A stretch of 64,000 nt of DNA from Waterburya sp. (GCA_965217895.1 CBDCJV010000002.1:1952001-2016000); one strand, 5' to 3'. Positions 40,977 through 50,195 are shown, counted from the stretch's first letter. The notes: a model not told the origin generated them from the sequence alone. A program made the numbers and translations.

Positions 40977-42485
40977 TTACCTATTGCTTATCCCTGGGGA
41001 CTCCTGTGATTCAATTAATTTCCTAACTTGTTTTTCCCAGTCTCTACCAATTTGGATAGTAATGTCAGATCCTAAAACTCCAGTGCTTTCTACTACAACA
41101 TCCCCCACACCTAAAATCGAGCGTACTTCTTGAGCAGCATCATCATCTCCTGACTGAGCAATTACTCTAGTTTGCCCTAAGGGTTCTTGCCAATTCTTAC
41201 TGGCAGATACTCTTGTATAACCTGCTTCTCTAAGGGCATCTAAAGCAGACTGCAATGCCTTTTGGTTATCGATACTGTCCTGTACATAAATTCTGAGGCG
41301 AGGATTAAGGATGGTAGGAGTATTAGTATTGTTTAGACTAGCGTAGCGGTTATTAGAAAGTGCTTCTTCTTCATTCTTCGGCAGATTAAAATGCTGAGTC
41401 ATCAACTTGTGGATAGCTCGATCATTGGGCAACCAATAGCTAACGGGTTCATTTCCACTATTAAAATCTCCTGGTAACATCATCATCTTGATGTTGTGTC
41501 TGTCAATTTTGGAGGCAAAATTAGCCAACGCCATTAATTCTCTAACGCTGAGGTTAGTATCCAAATGAGATTGAATTACGGAAAGTAGTTTGGGTATCTT
41601 GATTACCGTAGCAGGCTTAAGAGTTTGCTCCACCGCAGCGCGCATCAGCATTTGCTGACGCTGTACCCTAGAAATATCGCCAAACTCATCATAGCGAAAA
41701 CGTAAAAATTGCATCGCCTTATCGCCGTCTAAATGCTGAATTCCTTTTTTTAAATTGATATAAAGATGCTGGCTAAAGTCTGTGTACTTCATGTCTTTAG
41801 GCACGTCAACCGTTACGCCACCCAAAGCATCAATTAATTTTTCTACTCCCTGAACATTGACCCTTACATAGCGATCAATTTTAACCCCGTCGAGTAAATT
41901 ACTGGCAACCTCAGCAGTTAAGGCAGGACCTCCATATGTATTGGCGTGGTTAATTTTTCTAACTCCATGACCATCAATATAAACGCGAGTATCTCTAGGA
42001 ATAGAAAGTACAGAAACTTTTTCTTTCTTAGGGTCAAACCTTACCAGCAACATACTGTCACTTAGACCGTCAAAAGAGTTAACCAGATGAAGATAGCCAA
42101 CATTTTTTTTATCATATTTTATGCCTTGATCGTCAAGATCAGAGGTAATTACCTTGATGCCCATAACTAAAATATTTACAGGGCGAGATAATTCTGGTAG
42201 GTTAAGATTTTCGGCGGTTACGGTTTCTCCTTTATTGAAAACCTTTTGCTCCTCGTTGCTCAATTGTGCTTGTTGTAGTGGAGAAGCAGTAGATAAAGCA
42301 ACGGCTAAAAACGCCCCTACGGCTGCTGAAACCATAGAAACACCAGCTAAACCAAGTCCAACTAAAATCGCTCTTCCTTTATTCAATTTTCTTTTATGGC
42401 TTTTAGAGTGGTGATTTGCAGAATGACCTTGAATAGGCTGCTGTCCTCCTGAAGGAGTAGACCGATAAGCTTTTCTAACTGACAC
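40977..42485 (-). CDS. LCP (LytR-CpsA-Psr) family protein with LytR C-terminal domain
   Basis: TM anchor, SDSMLL, SIPRDT, RFRYD..GD..RVQRQQ. Confidence 0.92.
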   Translation of the reverse strand: MSVRKAYRSTPSGGQQPIQGHSANHHSKSHKRKLNKGRAILVGLGLAGVSMVSAAVGAFLAVALSTASPLQQAQLSNEEQKVFNKGETVTAENLNLPELSRPVNILVMGIKVITSDLDDQGIKYDKKNVGYLHLVNSFDGLSDSMLLVRFDPKKEKVSVLSIPRDTRVYIDGHGVRKINHANTYGGPALTAEVASNLLDGVKIDRYVRVNVQGVEKLIDALGGVTVDVPKDMKYTDFSQHLYINLKKGIQHLDGDKAMQFLRFRYDEFGDISRVQRQQMLMRAAVEQTLKPATVIKIPKLLSVIQSHLDTNLSVRELMALANFASKIDRHNIKMMMLPGDFNSGNEPVSYWLPNDRAIHKLMTQHFNLPKNEEEALSNNRYASLNNTNTPTILNPRLRIYVQDSIDNQKALQSALDALREAGYTRVSASKNWQEPLGQTRVIAQSGDDDAAQEVRSILGVGDVVVESTGVLGSDITIQIGRDWEKQVRKLIESQESPGISNR

Positions 42486-42723
42486 TGAATACCCTCACGC
42501 TAAATAAAGAAATATAGAATACACTACTAAAAAATTCAAATATATATATACAAATATTAATCGATCAATGGTAACAGGTATTTGCTATAAAAAAAACTTG
42601 TTACAGGATTGCCTTTAATTAGTTACCCAATTTTATTTGACCCACTACTTATACTATTTTAGAAAACCTTTTTGGTTTCAGCTTCCTCATTAGGGTAACG
42701 ATAGTTTAGATAAGTGGCAATTT

Positions 42724-43119
42724 TCAGGATTTATTTTCTAAAAATAGGGCTGAATTCATTTTCTTGATTTCAGCCGTTGGGGACAAGCTTTTTTTACCAA
42801 GACTAGCCATTAACAAAGTACAGGTTACAAAATATCCCGTAGTCAGAATGGCGTTGGCATAAAGCAAGCGAAAGGACACGAGATCTACAGCATTAGCTGC
42901 ACCCAAAGAGAGTAAAGAATAAGAACCTAACCAAACTAAAATTAAAGAAATAGCTAAACGGCTAACTTTTTGTTGTTCACGATCTACTGTGCTTTGTATC
43001 TGGTTTTGAGGGTGGTACATAGTCCAAAGAGCAGGAATTACCCCCACAATAGGTAACAAATAAATCCACAGTTTGAGATGTCGCTCTATTTGTCCTGGGG
43101 AACGATGTGGATGATTCAT
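42724..43119 (-). CDS. Hypothetical membrane protein
   Basis: Start set at ATG 43119 to avoid overlapping mobA; YLLPIVGVIPALW, three TM segments. Confidence 0.7.
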   Translation of the reverse strand: MNHPHRSPGQIERHLKLWIYLLPIVGVIPALWTMYHPQNQIQSTVDREQQKVSRLAISLILVWLGSYSLLSLGAANAVDLVSFRLLYANAILTTGYFVTCTLLMASLGKKSLSPTAEIKKMNSALFLENKS

Positions 43120-43150
43120 AATTGTTTTTCCATATATAAATCTAAATCTG

Positions 43151-43762
43151 GTGAAAAGATCGATCAAAGACAAGATTACAGCACTTGTTTTGGCTGGAGG
43201 CGAAAGTTCTCGTATGGGACAAGATAAAGCCTTGTTAGCCATTAAAAACAAAACTTTGCTGTCTCAAATTTGTTTAACTGCTAGTGAATGCGTTGCTCAA
43301 GTTTATGTAGTCACACCCTGGATTGAAAAATACCAGGAAATTTTACCTCCAGACTGTCAGCTAATTGAGGAAAAGCTAGTTTTAAATGCTAAATCCAACA
43401 CGCCTTTGATTGGCTTTGCACAAGGATTAAAGATAGTTAATACAAAATGGGTATTGTTATTAGCTTGTGACCTGCCTCAGTTGTCTTCGTCTCAAGTAAA
43501 ACAGTGGTCGCAAATTTTGGCAACAGTATTACCCACAGAAATTGCTTTGTTACCCCGTCATCCTAAAGGTTGGGAGCCTTTGTGTGGTTTTTATCGTTCT
43601 AGTTGCTTGTCGTTGTTAGAATCTTATCTATACGATGGTGGTCAATCTTTTCAAGACTGGCTTAATAAGTACCCTGTCAGAGAATTATCGACTAGCGATC
43701 GCGCTTGTTTATTTAACTGTAACACTCCTGATGACTGGAAATTGTTCCAAGAAAAGAAATAA
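43151..43762 (+). CDS. mobA: Molybdenum cofactor guanylyltransferase
   Basis: VLAGGESSRMGQDKA, ACDLP, EPL, FNCNTPDD. Confidence 0.95.
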   Translation: MKRSIKDKITALVLAGGESSRMGQDKALLAIKNKTLLSQICLTASECVAQVYVVTPWIEKYQEILPPDCQLIEEKLVLNAKSNTPLIGFAQGLKIVNTKWVLLLACDLPQLSSSQVKQWSQILATVLPTEIALLPRHPKGWEPLCGFYRSSCLSLLESYLYDGGQSFQDWLNKYPVRELSTSDRACLFNCNTPDDWKLFQEKK

Positions 43763-43824
43763 AAGCAAATTTTTTTTGACACAGATTACTATGGGTTTCT
43801 AACTAGATGTGGTTTAGTATCACT

Positions 43825-44138
43825 CTAAAGCTGAACAAAATTGGTACACTTTTTATTGCTTTGGAGTGGTTCAGCGCAGGCTCGAATTTCGATATCTTTA
43901 CCTGAAGCCATGTCTGCATAATGTCTTTGCTACTGATCTACAGGAACAACAGCCGTACCATATTTCTTTCCTTGGCATTCTTCAATATAGTGACTTGAAC
44001 CAGGAGGAGCTTCAGTTCTTGCCCAAGTAGCCTGACAAATTGGCGAGTAACGAATTTCTAATCTATAAGCTTTAAGTAGATCTGGCTTAAGCTGATAGTT
44101 GCCAGTATCTGAGGTGATAGTTTGAGAAATGCGATCGC
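43825..44138 (-). pseudogene. DUF2690-like 3' fragment starting at a HIP1 site
   Basis: DRISQTITS..LEIRYSPICQATWART..VDQ*Q..RACA..KCTNFVQL*; internal stop, no 5' part. Confidence 0.7.
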
Positions 44139-44208
44139 CGATATTTTTCTTAACTGAAAGATGACCAAGGTAATCAAAGCTAGCAAGCAGACCAATTTAA
44201 AATCAATT

Positions 44209-44757
44209 TTAGTCGAATAATAAATACCAAGATTCTCTGGTAAGTTGCCACTCAATTTGATTCCAGCCGCGATCGCTCATCCAATCTGGACTAGGGCGTG
44301 TGCCAATTTTAATAAAACCATATCGCTTTGCCAAACGCGCAACCCGCAAATTTGCACTGACAGAAATACCTCTAATCTCTTTTAAACCCAGATCGTTAAA
44401 ACCAAACTCAATTAAAGCTTTGCCAACTTCAATTGCATAAGCGTAACGACTCCAAAACTGCGGTGCTAATTCAATTCCCATTTCCGCCTTATGCGAATCG
44501 TAATTCTCGCGACGTAGCCCACAACAACCGATTAAATTTAAGTTTCGGCGATCGATAATAGCAAGTTGATAATTGCAACGGGGACTTTCAGTTGCCCATT
44601 GAGTAAAAAGATTGAGTAATTCTCCTGTATGGCTAGGTGATACCTCTTCTGGCGCACAAAACTCAGCATATTTGGGATCGCCATGATAGGCAAAAAATGC
44701 TGATTCATCTTTTTGGATAAAGTCTCGTAGAAGAAATCTATTGGTAAAAATCTCCAT
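44209..44757 (-). CDS. GNAT (RimJ/RimL-type) acetyltransferase
   Basis: TNRFLLRDF, LIGCCGL, AEMGIELAPQFW. Confidence 0.88.
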   Translation of the reverse strand: MEIFTNRFLLRDFIQKDESAFFAYHGDPKYAEFCAPEEVSPSHTGELLNLFTQWATESPRCNYQLAIIDRRNLNLIGCCGLRRENYDSHKAEMGIELAPQFWSRYAYAIEVGKALIEFGFNDLGLKEIRGISVSANLRVARLAKRYGFIKIGTRPSPDWMSDRGWNQIEWQLTRESWYLLFD

Positions 44758-44776
44758 ATCATTTTCAAGTAAAAAC

Positions 44777-45268
44777 TTAAGCTAAACGGAAAGCGATCGC
44801 AAATGCTGTTGTTGCTCCAAATGCTGCTATTGTGCGAACATGATTCCAAAGTGTCCAGTTCGTTAGGTATTTAGCCCATAAACTTGCGCCTTCAGCACTA
44901 CTCGGATCGACTTTTGCTAAAGCATCGTTTAACGGTACATTAAAGGCGATCGTTACTCCAACAGTACCAACGATATAAAGTAAGCTGCCAACGAGTAAGT
45001 AGATTGAATTTGGTTGATGAAACTTTAACAGAGAAAAAACAGCTAGAAAAAGGCAAACTACAGCCGTACCAAACAATGCGGTCATAAACAAGGGATTAAT
45101 TACAGTAATGTTAATAGACTGCATGGCAACAATACCCTCTGAAGGTTTTAGTCGAGCAAGAGCTTTCATCACAAAAGACGAGAAAGCAAAAAAAACTCCA
45201 GCCACTAGTCCAGTTCCCAGTATGGCAAAAAGCTGTAATAACAAAAATGATTTATTATTTATCAGCAT
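44777..45268 (-). CDS. DUF1772 / anthrone-oxygenase-like membrane protein
   Basis: AGVFFAFS.FVM.AL, MQSIN, NVPLND, WNHVRT; start reassigned to ATG 45268. Confidence 0.88.
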   Translation of the reverse strand: MLINNKSFLLLQLFAILGTGLVAGVFFAFSSFVMKALARLKPSEGIVAMQSINITVINPLFMTALFGTAVVCLFLAVFSLLKFHQPNSIYLLVGSLLYIVGTVGVTIAFNVPLNDALAKVDPSSAEGASLWAKYLTNWTLWNHVRTIAAFGATTAFAIAFRLA

Positions 45269-45351
45269 ATAAATCTCCGATGATTGTGCTAATTCATTTT
45301 TAGATAATTTAGCAGTGAGAAAGGCAATCGGGTAAATTAAGAAATTAGAGG

Positions 45352-45470
45352 TTATTGGGTTGTTGCCTCGGATTCCATATAAATAATTTCCCAAATATGA
45401 CCATCTAAGTCTTGAAAACCATGAGCATACATAAAACTGTGGTCTTGCGGTTCATTGTAAGTTTTCATCT
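45352..45470 (-). pseudogene. C-terminal fragment of VOC/glyoxalase-family gene
   Basis: TYNEPQDHSFMYAHGFQDLDGHIWEIIYME..*. Confidence 0.75.
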
Positions 45471-45474
45471 ACTG

Positions 45475-45857
45475 ACCGTATTAAAGCCGTAGGAGATTGA
45501 TGCTTTTACTGCTTGGGTTGCAATTCCTCTTCCCCAATATGCTTTTGCTAAACTGTAAAGAACTTCAACTTCATCTAACTTATTTAAATAACGCAGACCA
45601 CAATAGCCAATCATTTGAAGTAAATCATCTTTTGTAATAGCCCAAATTCCATATTCTCGCTGTTGCCAATGCTCAACAAAAGATTGAAGCGATTTTTCGA
45701 CATTTTCTCTAGAAATTGGGACTCCTCAACTTGGAAGAAAACGAGTTACTTCAGGATTGCCCCAAATTGCTGTCAGAGCATCCAAATCTAATAGCTGAAT
45801 TGGTCGCATTATAAAACCGTCAATCTGCAAAACTGTTGGCTCGGCAAGATTTGTCAT
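45475..45857 (-). pseudogene. GNAT acetyltransferase pseudogene
   Basis: Frameshift and TGA near 5' end; IGYCGLRYL..EVEVLY.LAKAYWGRGIAT; truncated. Confidence 0.8.
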
Positions 45858-45964
45858 TACAATATTTTCAACTACTCTATTGTTTGTTTATAGGGCAAAT
45901 TAAACCAACATTATCGATTATTTTTCTGCATTTCTTAAGTACTTGTGGCAAAAAACCAGATTCT

Positions 45965-47347
45965 CTATTTAATTAATAAGGTAAACCAAAAAGTTGTTCC
46001 CGAACCTGGATTACTAATTACGCCGATTTCTCCACCATGAGCGTTAATAATTTGACGACAAAGATATAATCCCAATCCTAAATTTACATTACATCGCTTA
46101 CCGTATCCTTGAAAGTACCGTTTAAATAGCTGTTGGCATTGTTGGAAACTCATACCAACGCCGTCATCTTGAATTTGGCAACGGATGAATTTTTGCTCAC
46201 CTTTATTCTCGATCGCTTCAGCACTAATAGTTAAATTGACTCCTGGAGGATTATGATTTAAAGCATTAGCAATCAAGTTTTGTAAGACTCGCCATAGCTG
46301 ATGTGGATCGCCTTGAATTAGGGGTAGCTCGTCGCTAATATAGTTAGTAATCGCAGCTCGATTTTTGCTAATTAATGGTTCTAATTCGGTAATAAGATCG
46401 GCGACTAAATAACTTAGTTGCAGTGACTCAAGCTTGATCGCAAATCCCTGTACTTTATTTCCATAAATTTCTAGAAGAGAATCGATTAAGTTTAATTGGC
46501 GATCGCTTCCTTGAATCATTCTTTCAATCACACGGCGCGGTACGGGTACTAGATCGGATTCTGGTTGAGCATGGCGATGATTTTCCAATAAACTATTCAG
46601 CGTTAACACCATTCCCGTAACTGGATTGCGTAGATCGTGGGAAACGGCGTGTAAAAAAAGCTGAATTTCACGACGAGATTCTAATTCAGCAGATTTGAGA
46701 CGTTCGTATAAATATACTCCCAGATTACAAATCAGACAAATCCAAGCAATATAAATAGGAACTGTGGGTAAATAAGATAAGGTTCTGGCTTCAACCAAGC
46801 CCATTCCTATGTTAACTACAAAAAAGTAAATTAATACTCCTAATTGAGAGAGTAAATGTAGTCGCCAGCGCACGGGAATAAAAATTGCCTGAGTTAAAAA
46901 TACTAAAGTCCAAAACCAAACTTGTTCGTTAGCTGCGCCTACTAAAGTAAGTAAAATTTGGTCAACCAAAGTAATCGACCAAGAAGTGCCGATAAAAACT
47001 ACTCCTGGATGATTTTTGCCGAATTTACTGCGATGCAAAGCCAAACACCCGATTAAGCAAATGGCGATCGCAGCTTCGATAACTAAATTGTAGCTTTCGC
47101 AAAGTTCCGAACCATTAGTACATTCGCGAATACTTAAACTCAAAAGCGCGAAACTTGCCACACAAAACAAAGCAATCCCAATGACTAAGGGCAATCTTTG
47201 ATATAGAAAATAGTTACGCCAGGTTTGCTCGTCTAAACTAAGATCGTTTTCTATAATTAAATCAGACGAAAAAATCGTTGTATTCAAAAGAATCTGAATT
47301 TTTTTGGCAAACCTTTTTTTGGCTCTTAGTAAACTGACTATAGGCAT
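45965..47347 (-). CDS. Membrane sensor histidine kinase
   Basis: About 6 TM segments, SHDLRNP H-box, NLIANA, DDGVG, GLGL. Confidence 0.93.
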   Translation of the reverse strand: MPIVSLLRAKKRFAKKIQILLNTTIFSSDLIIENDLSLDEQTWRNYFLYQRLPLVIGIALFCVASFALLSLSIRECTNGSELCESYNLVIEAAIAICLIGCLALHRSKFGKNHPGVVFIGTSWSITLVDQILLTLVGAANEQVWFWTLVFLTQAIFIPVRWRLHLLSQLGVLIYFFVVNIGMGLVEARTLSYLPTVPIYIAWICLICNLGVYLYERLKSAELESRREIQLFLHAVSHDLRNPVTGMVLTLNSLLENHRHAQPESDLVPVPRRVIERMIQGSDRQLNLIDSLLEIYGNKVQGFAIKLESLQLSYLVADLITELEPLISKNRAAITNYISDELPLIQGDPHQLWRVLQNLIANALNHNPPGVNLTISAEAIENKGEQKFIRCQIQDDGVGMSFQQCQQLFKRYFQGYGKRCNVNLGLGLYLCRQIINAHGGEIGVISNPGSGTTFWFTLLIK

Positions 47348-47386
47348 AAAAAAGTTTTAATTCACATTGTTATGAGCGATCGCTTA

Positions 47387-47635
47387 TCACGCTACCATCA
47401 TGCCATTTTTCCAAAGCTCATACTCACTCAGATCGATATCTTCATTCCACACAATCCCGTAGCCCCCTTGCTCAACCTTAAAGTTTTTGAAAAATGCAGG
47501 TTGACGAAGTGGAGCAAATATGGGATTTTCTAAAAGATGGAAAATATCACATTTCTTGACTTCTTGATTGGTAAATTTAATCACTAAGGTGCGATCGTTA
47601 ATTGCTTCTGCCTTGCAAATTCGAGGGCATTTCAT
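47387..47635 (-). CDS. DUF2442-family protein (orphan antitoxin-like)
   Basis: LVIKFTN..FAPL..F..F.VE.GGYGIVWNEDIDLSEYELW; no DUF4160 partner adjacent. Confidence 0.85.
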   Translation of the reverse strand: MKCPRICKAEAINDRTLVIKFTNQEVKKCDIFHLLENPIFAPLRQPAFFKNFKVEQGGYGIVWNEDIDLSEYELWKNGMMVA

Positions 47636-47682
47636 ACTATTTTTAGTCTACTTTTCTGCATTGTAGTAAGAGATAGGGTTTG

Positions 47683-48237
47683 TCAAGTGCGATCGCCATT
47701 TTCAGGTATTTCAACTAAGACAGAAAGCACCAGCGCAGCCAACCCCATAATCTTAATAATGGCATTTGTGGCATGGGTATATTCCCATTGGTTACGATAT
47801 TTCATCCAATCCACTGGAAATGATGTTGGTGTCCATTTAGCTAGTTCGGCATTGACAGGTGCGATAAACGCGAACCAAAGCATGAGTGCCAGTACCACAC
47901 AAATTGCTCCTACTAAAGTCCAATAGAAAGTTACACCACGTCTAAATAAAAGTAAAACCAAAACAATCGCCGTGAGTACCGAGCCAACTTCAATAACTGC
48001 ACCAACAGTACCAAAAAGATAATATAAACCTTTAGTAGTTATTGTTATCCAAAGTTGCGCGTCAAAATAAAAAACTCTGGGTGGTAGCTCTAATAAATGG
48101 CAAAAAGACAATCCCGTACTGAGAGCAGTCAGCATAATAGAGACAAAACGCCATGCTTTTATCGGCATATTTACGCTCTTTTCTTTAAGATACATTTGAT
48201 TTCTCTCCAGCCGTCGAACTTTTAAAAAGCTTGACAC
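47683..48237 (-). CDS. DUF1772-like membrane protein
   Basis: HLLELP, PVN..W..P.DW..YRNQWEYTH; true start may be at MPIKAW. Confidence 0.75.
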   Translation of the reverse strand: MSSFLKVRRLERNQMYLKEKSVNMPIKAWRFVSIMLTALSTGLSFCHLLELPPRVFYFDAQLWITITTKGLYYLFGTVGAVIEVGSVLTAIVLVLLLFRRGVTFYWTLVGAICVVLALMLWFAFIAPVNAELAKWTPTSFPVDWMKYRNQWEYTHATNAIIKIMGLAALVLSVLVEIPENGDRT

Positions 48238-48245
48238 AAATCAAA

Positions 48246-48923
48246 TTATGGCTTAAATCCCCAACAGGCATAGCTAGTTGCCCTAGCTAATCCAAGCGGA
48301 AATTGCTGAAAGCGAATATCTTTTAAACCAGCATCAGTCATTATTTCAGCTAAATCTTTTTGAGTAAGACAATTATTGCCCCAGTGTAATTGGACACAGG
48401 AGCTTAATAACCCCCAACGGCTGACTGACAAAATTAGTGGAGCTTGAGGTTTAAGTATTCTGACCATTTCCTTTAGTCCGACTATTGGTTCTGGTAAATG
48501 CTCCAAAACATGAGCAGCAATGACAAGATCGAAGCTGTTATCTGCAACAGGAATTGCTATTAAATTAGCGCGAGTTATTCGAGCCTTGATTCGAGCCTGT
48601 TGCAGATTTTGTTGTGCCGTTAGCAGCATTTGCGGAGAAATATCGACCCCAGTAACATTTAACCGACTCTGAATTTGTGCTAAAGCCAAGCTAAAAGCTG
48701 CTGTGCCAATACCACAATCGCAGACAGTTGAATTTCCTCCCAGCTTTATTACGCCCGATGCTTGAAGCGACTCAAACAAGCTAAGATAAGCACGAAAATA
48801 TCCCAATCGTAGAATTTGATGATGCCAGTTGCGAGCAGCGTCATCGTACATAGATTTTATCTGGTCGTAAGTCGGATAAACTCGCTGAACCGAAATTTGC
48901 CACCAGCCAACTGTGAGTTTCAT
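48246..48923 (-). CDS. Class I SAM-dependent methyltransferase
   Basis: DCGIGT, GVDISPQML, FDLV..HVLEH, RILKP. Confidence 0.9.
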   Translation of the reverse strand: MKLTVGWWQISVQRVYPTYDQIKSMYDDAARNWHHQILRLGYFRAYLSLFESLQASGVIKLGGNSTVCDCGIGTAAFSLALAQIQSRLNVTGVDISPQMLLTAQQNLQQARIKARITRANLIAIPVADNSFDLVIAAHVLEHLPEPIVGLKEMVRILKPQAPLILSVSRWGLLSSCVQLHWGNNCLTQKDLAEIMTDAGLKDIRFQQFPLGLARATSYACWGFKP

Positions 48924-48998
48924 AAAATTAATCTGATGTAACCTCGAACTGTCTTAAAATTACACCAAGCAGCAAAGAGCGCACTTCCTGCGACTGGC

Positions 48999-49014
48999 TC
49001 ACTCGATTGGGTGA
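48999..49014. promoter_or_regulatory. Possible NarL/LuxR-type operator upstream of methyltransferase
   Basis: 16-bp imperfect palindrome TCACTCGA-TTGGGTGA between response regulator and methyltransferase. Confidence 0.3.
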
Positions 49015-49046
49015 TATTAATTAAATTGAGCTAGATGGAATAATAA

Positions 49047-49703
49047 CTATAGCAGCCCCGACCTCAGAGCGATTACAGCAGCTTGAACGCGATCGCTCAC
49101 AGCTAGTTTATTCATTACTCCCTTAACGTGAGTTTTCACGGTGTTAGTACTTAAATAAAGTTGAGCAGCAATTTCAGGGTTGCTACAGCCTTCGACAATC
49201 AGTTTTAATACTTCTAGTTCTCGCGAAGATAAGTTAGCACTGCTCGATGTCTGCGGTGATGGCGATTTAAGATTACCCATTACTTGTTGGGCAATTTGCG
49301 GATCGAGATAAACCCCTCCATCTTGGGCAATGGCGATCGCTGTTAATAATCGCTCTACTTTGACTCCTTTGATACAGTAAGCATCTGCACCACTAGCAAG
49401 AGCAGCGATTACTTCGGTTTTATTGGTATGAGAAGTTAGTATTACTACCCGAACCTTAGGCAAAGCTTTTTTAATCTCTTGGGTAACGGCTATGCCATCG
49501 AGGCGAGGTAAGCCAATATCGACGATCGCTAAATCGGGCTGAAACTTAATTGCATCTTCTACAGCTAAATAGCCGTCATCACTAAATCCTACTATCTCCC
49601 ACTCGGATTTTTTTGCTAGAATTTGTTCCAATCCCATTTGCATCATCGGATCGTCTTCAACAATTAAGACCCTTAGTTTGGAAGAATTAGATTGAAGATT
49701 CAT
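49047..49703 (-). CDS. NarL/LuxR-family response regulator
   Basis: REC (VEDD, D, T, K) plus LSSRELEVL..TVKTHV HTH. Confidence 0.95.
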   Translation of the reverse strand: MNLQSNSSKLRVLIVEDDPMMQMGLEQILAKKSEWEIVGFSDDGYLAVEDAIKFQPDLAIVDIGLPRLDGIAVTQEIKKALPKVRVVILTSHTNKTEVIAALASGADAYCIKGVKVERLLTAIAIAQDGGVYLDPQIAQQVMGNLKSPSPQTSSSANLSSRELEVLKLIVEGCSNPEIAAQLYLSTNTVKTHVKGVMNKLAVSDRVQAAVIALRSGLL

Positions 49704-49723
49704 CTTAATTTTGCCTCACCTAC

Positions 49724-49949
49724 CTACCGAGTTTGAAAGATATTCTTTCTGTATCATTGGCTTGTCTATTCGGGCTGCTGCACGATCTAATTCTGCTACT
49801 TCTCTTGCGTCTAGTTGCCAGTCTTTAGCAGCAATATTTTCTTGCGTTTGTTGAATATTCTTTGCTCCAGGAATGAGAATTGCACCTTTAGCGATGCACC
49901 AGTTGATAGCTACTTAAGACATAGTTTTCTGGCGGTATAAAGCGATCGC
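49724..49949 (-). pseudogene. Aldo/keto reductase 3' fragment starting at a HIP1 site
   Basis: AIA..QKTMS*VAINWCIAKGAILIPGAKN..ENI..WQLD..ELDRAAA..(fs)NIFQTR*. Confidence 0.85.
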
Positions 49950-50021
49950 CTGTATTCTCAAACTAGAGTAATGCGTAGCGTTGCCATGTCTTAAGTTTAT
50001 CGCTTTTTGCTGAGATGTAGC

Positions 50022-50089
50022 GCGATCGCGCTTGTTTATTTAACTGCAATACTCCTGATGACTGGCAAATGTTTAGACAAAAGGATTGA
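50022..50089 (+). pseudogene. Orphan duplicate of mobA 3' end starting at a HIP1 site
   Basis: 57/68 nt identical to 43695-43762; DRACLFNCNTPDDWQMFRQKD*. Confidence 0.92.
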
Positions 50090-50195
50090 GGTGTTTTATT
50101 TTAGTAAAGGTTGCAAAAGTTAAAATAGTCGATAGAATCGGGAATAATATTTTTCTGATGAGATCTTCTTTTTATTCTTAATTCTTACCAACAAA

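Noticed and set aside
45269..45394. N-terminal extension of DUF1772 in the ORF track
   Set aside because: Overlaps the VOC fragment in another frame; true start is likely 45268.
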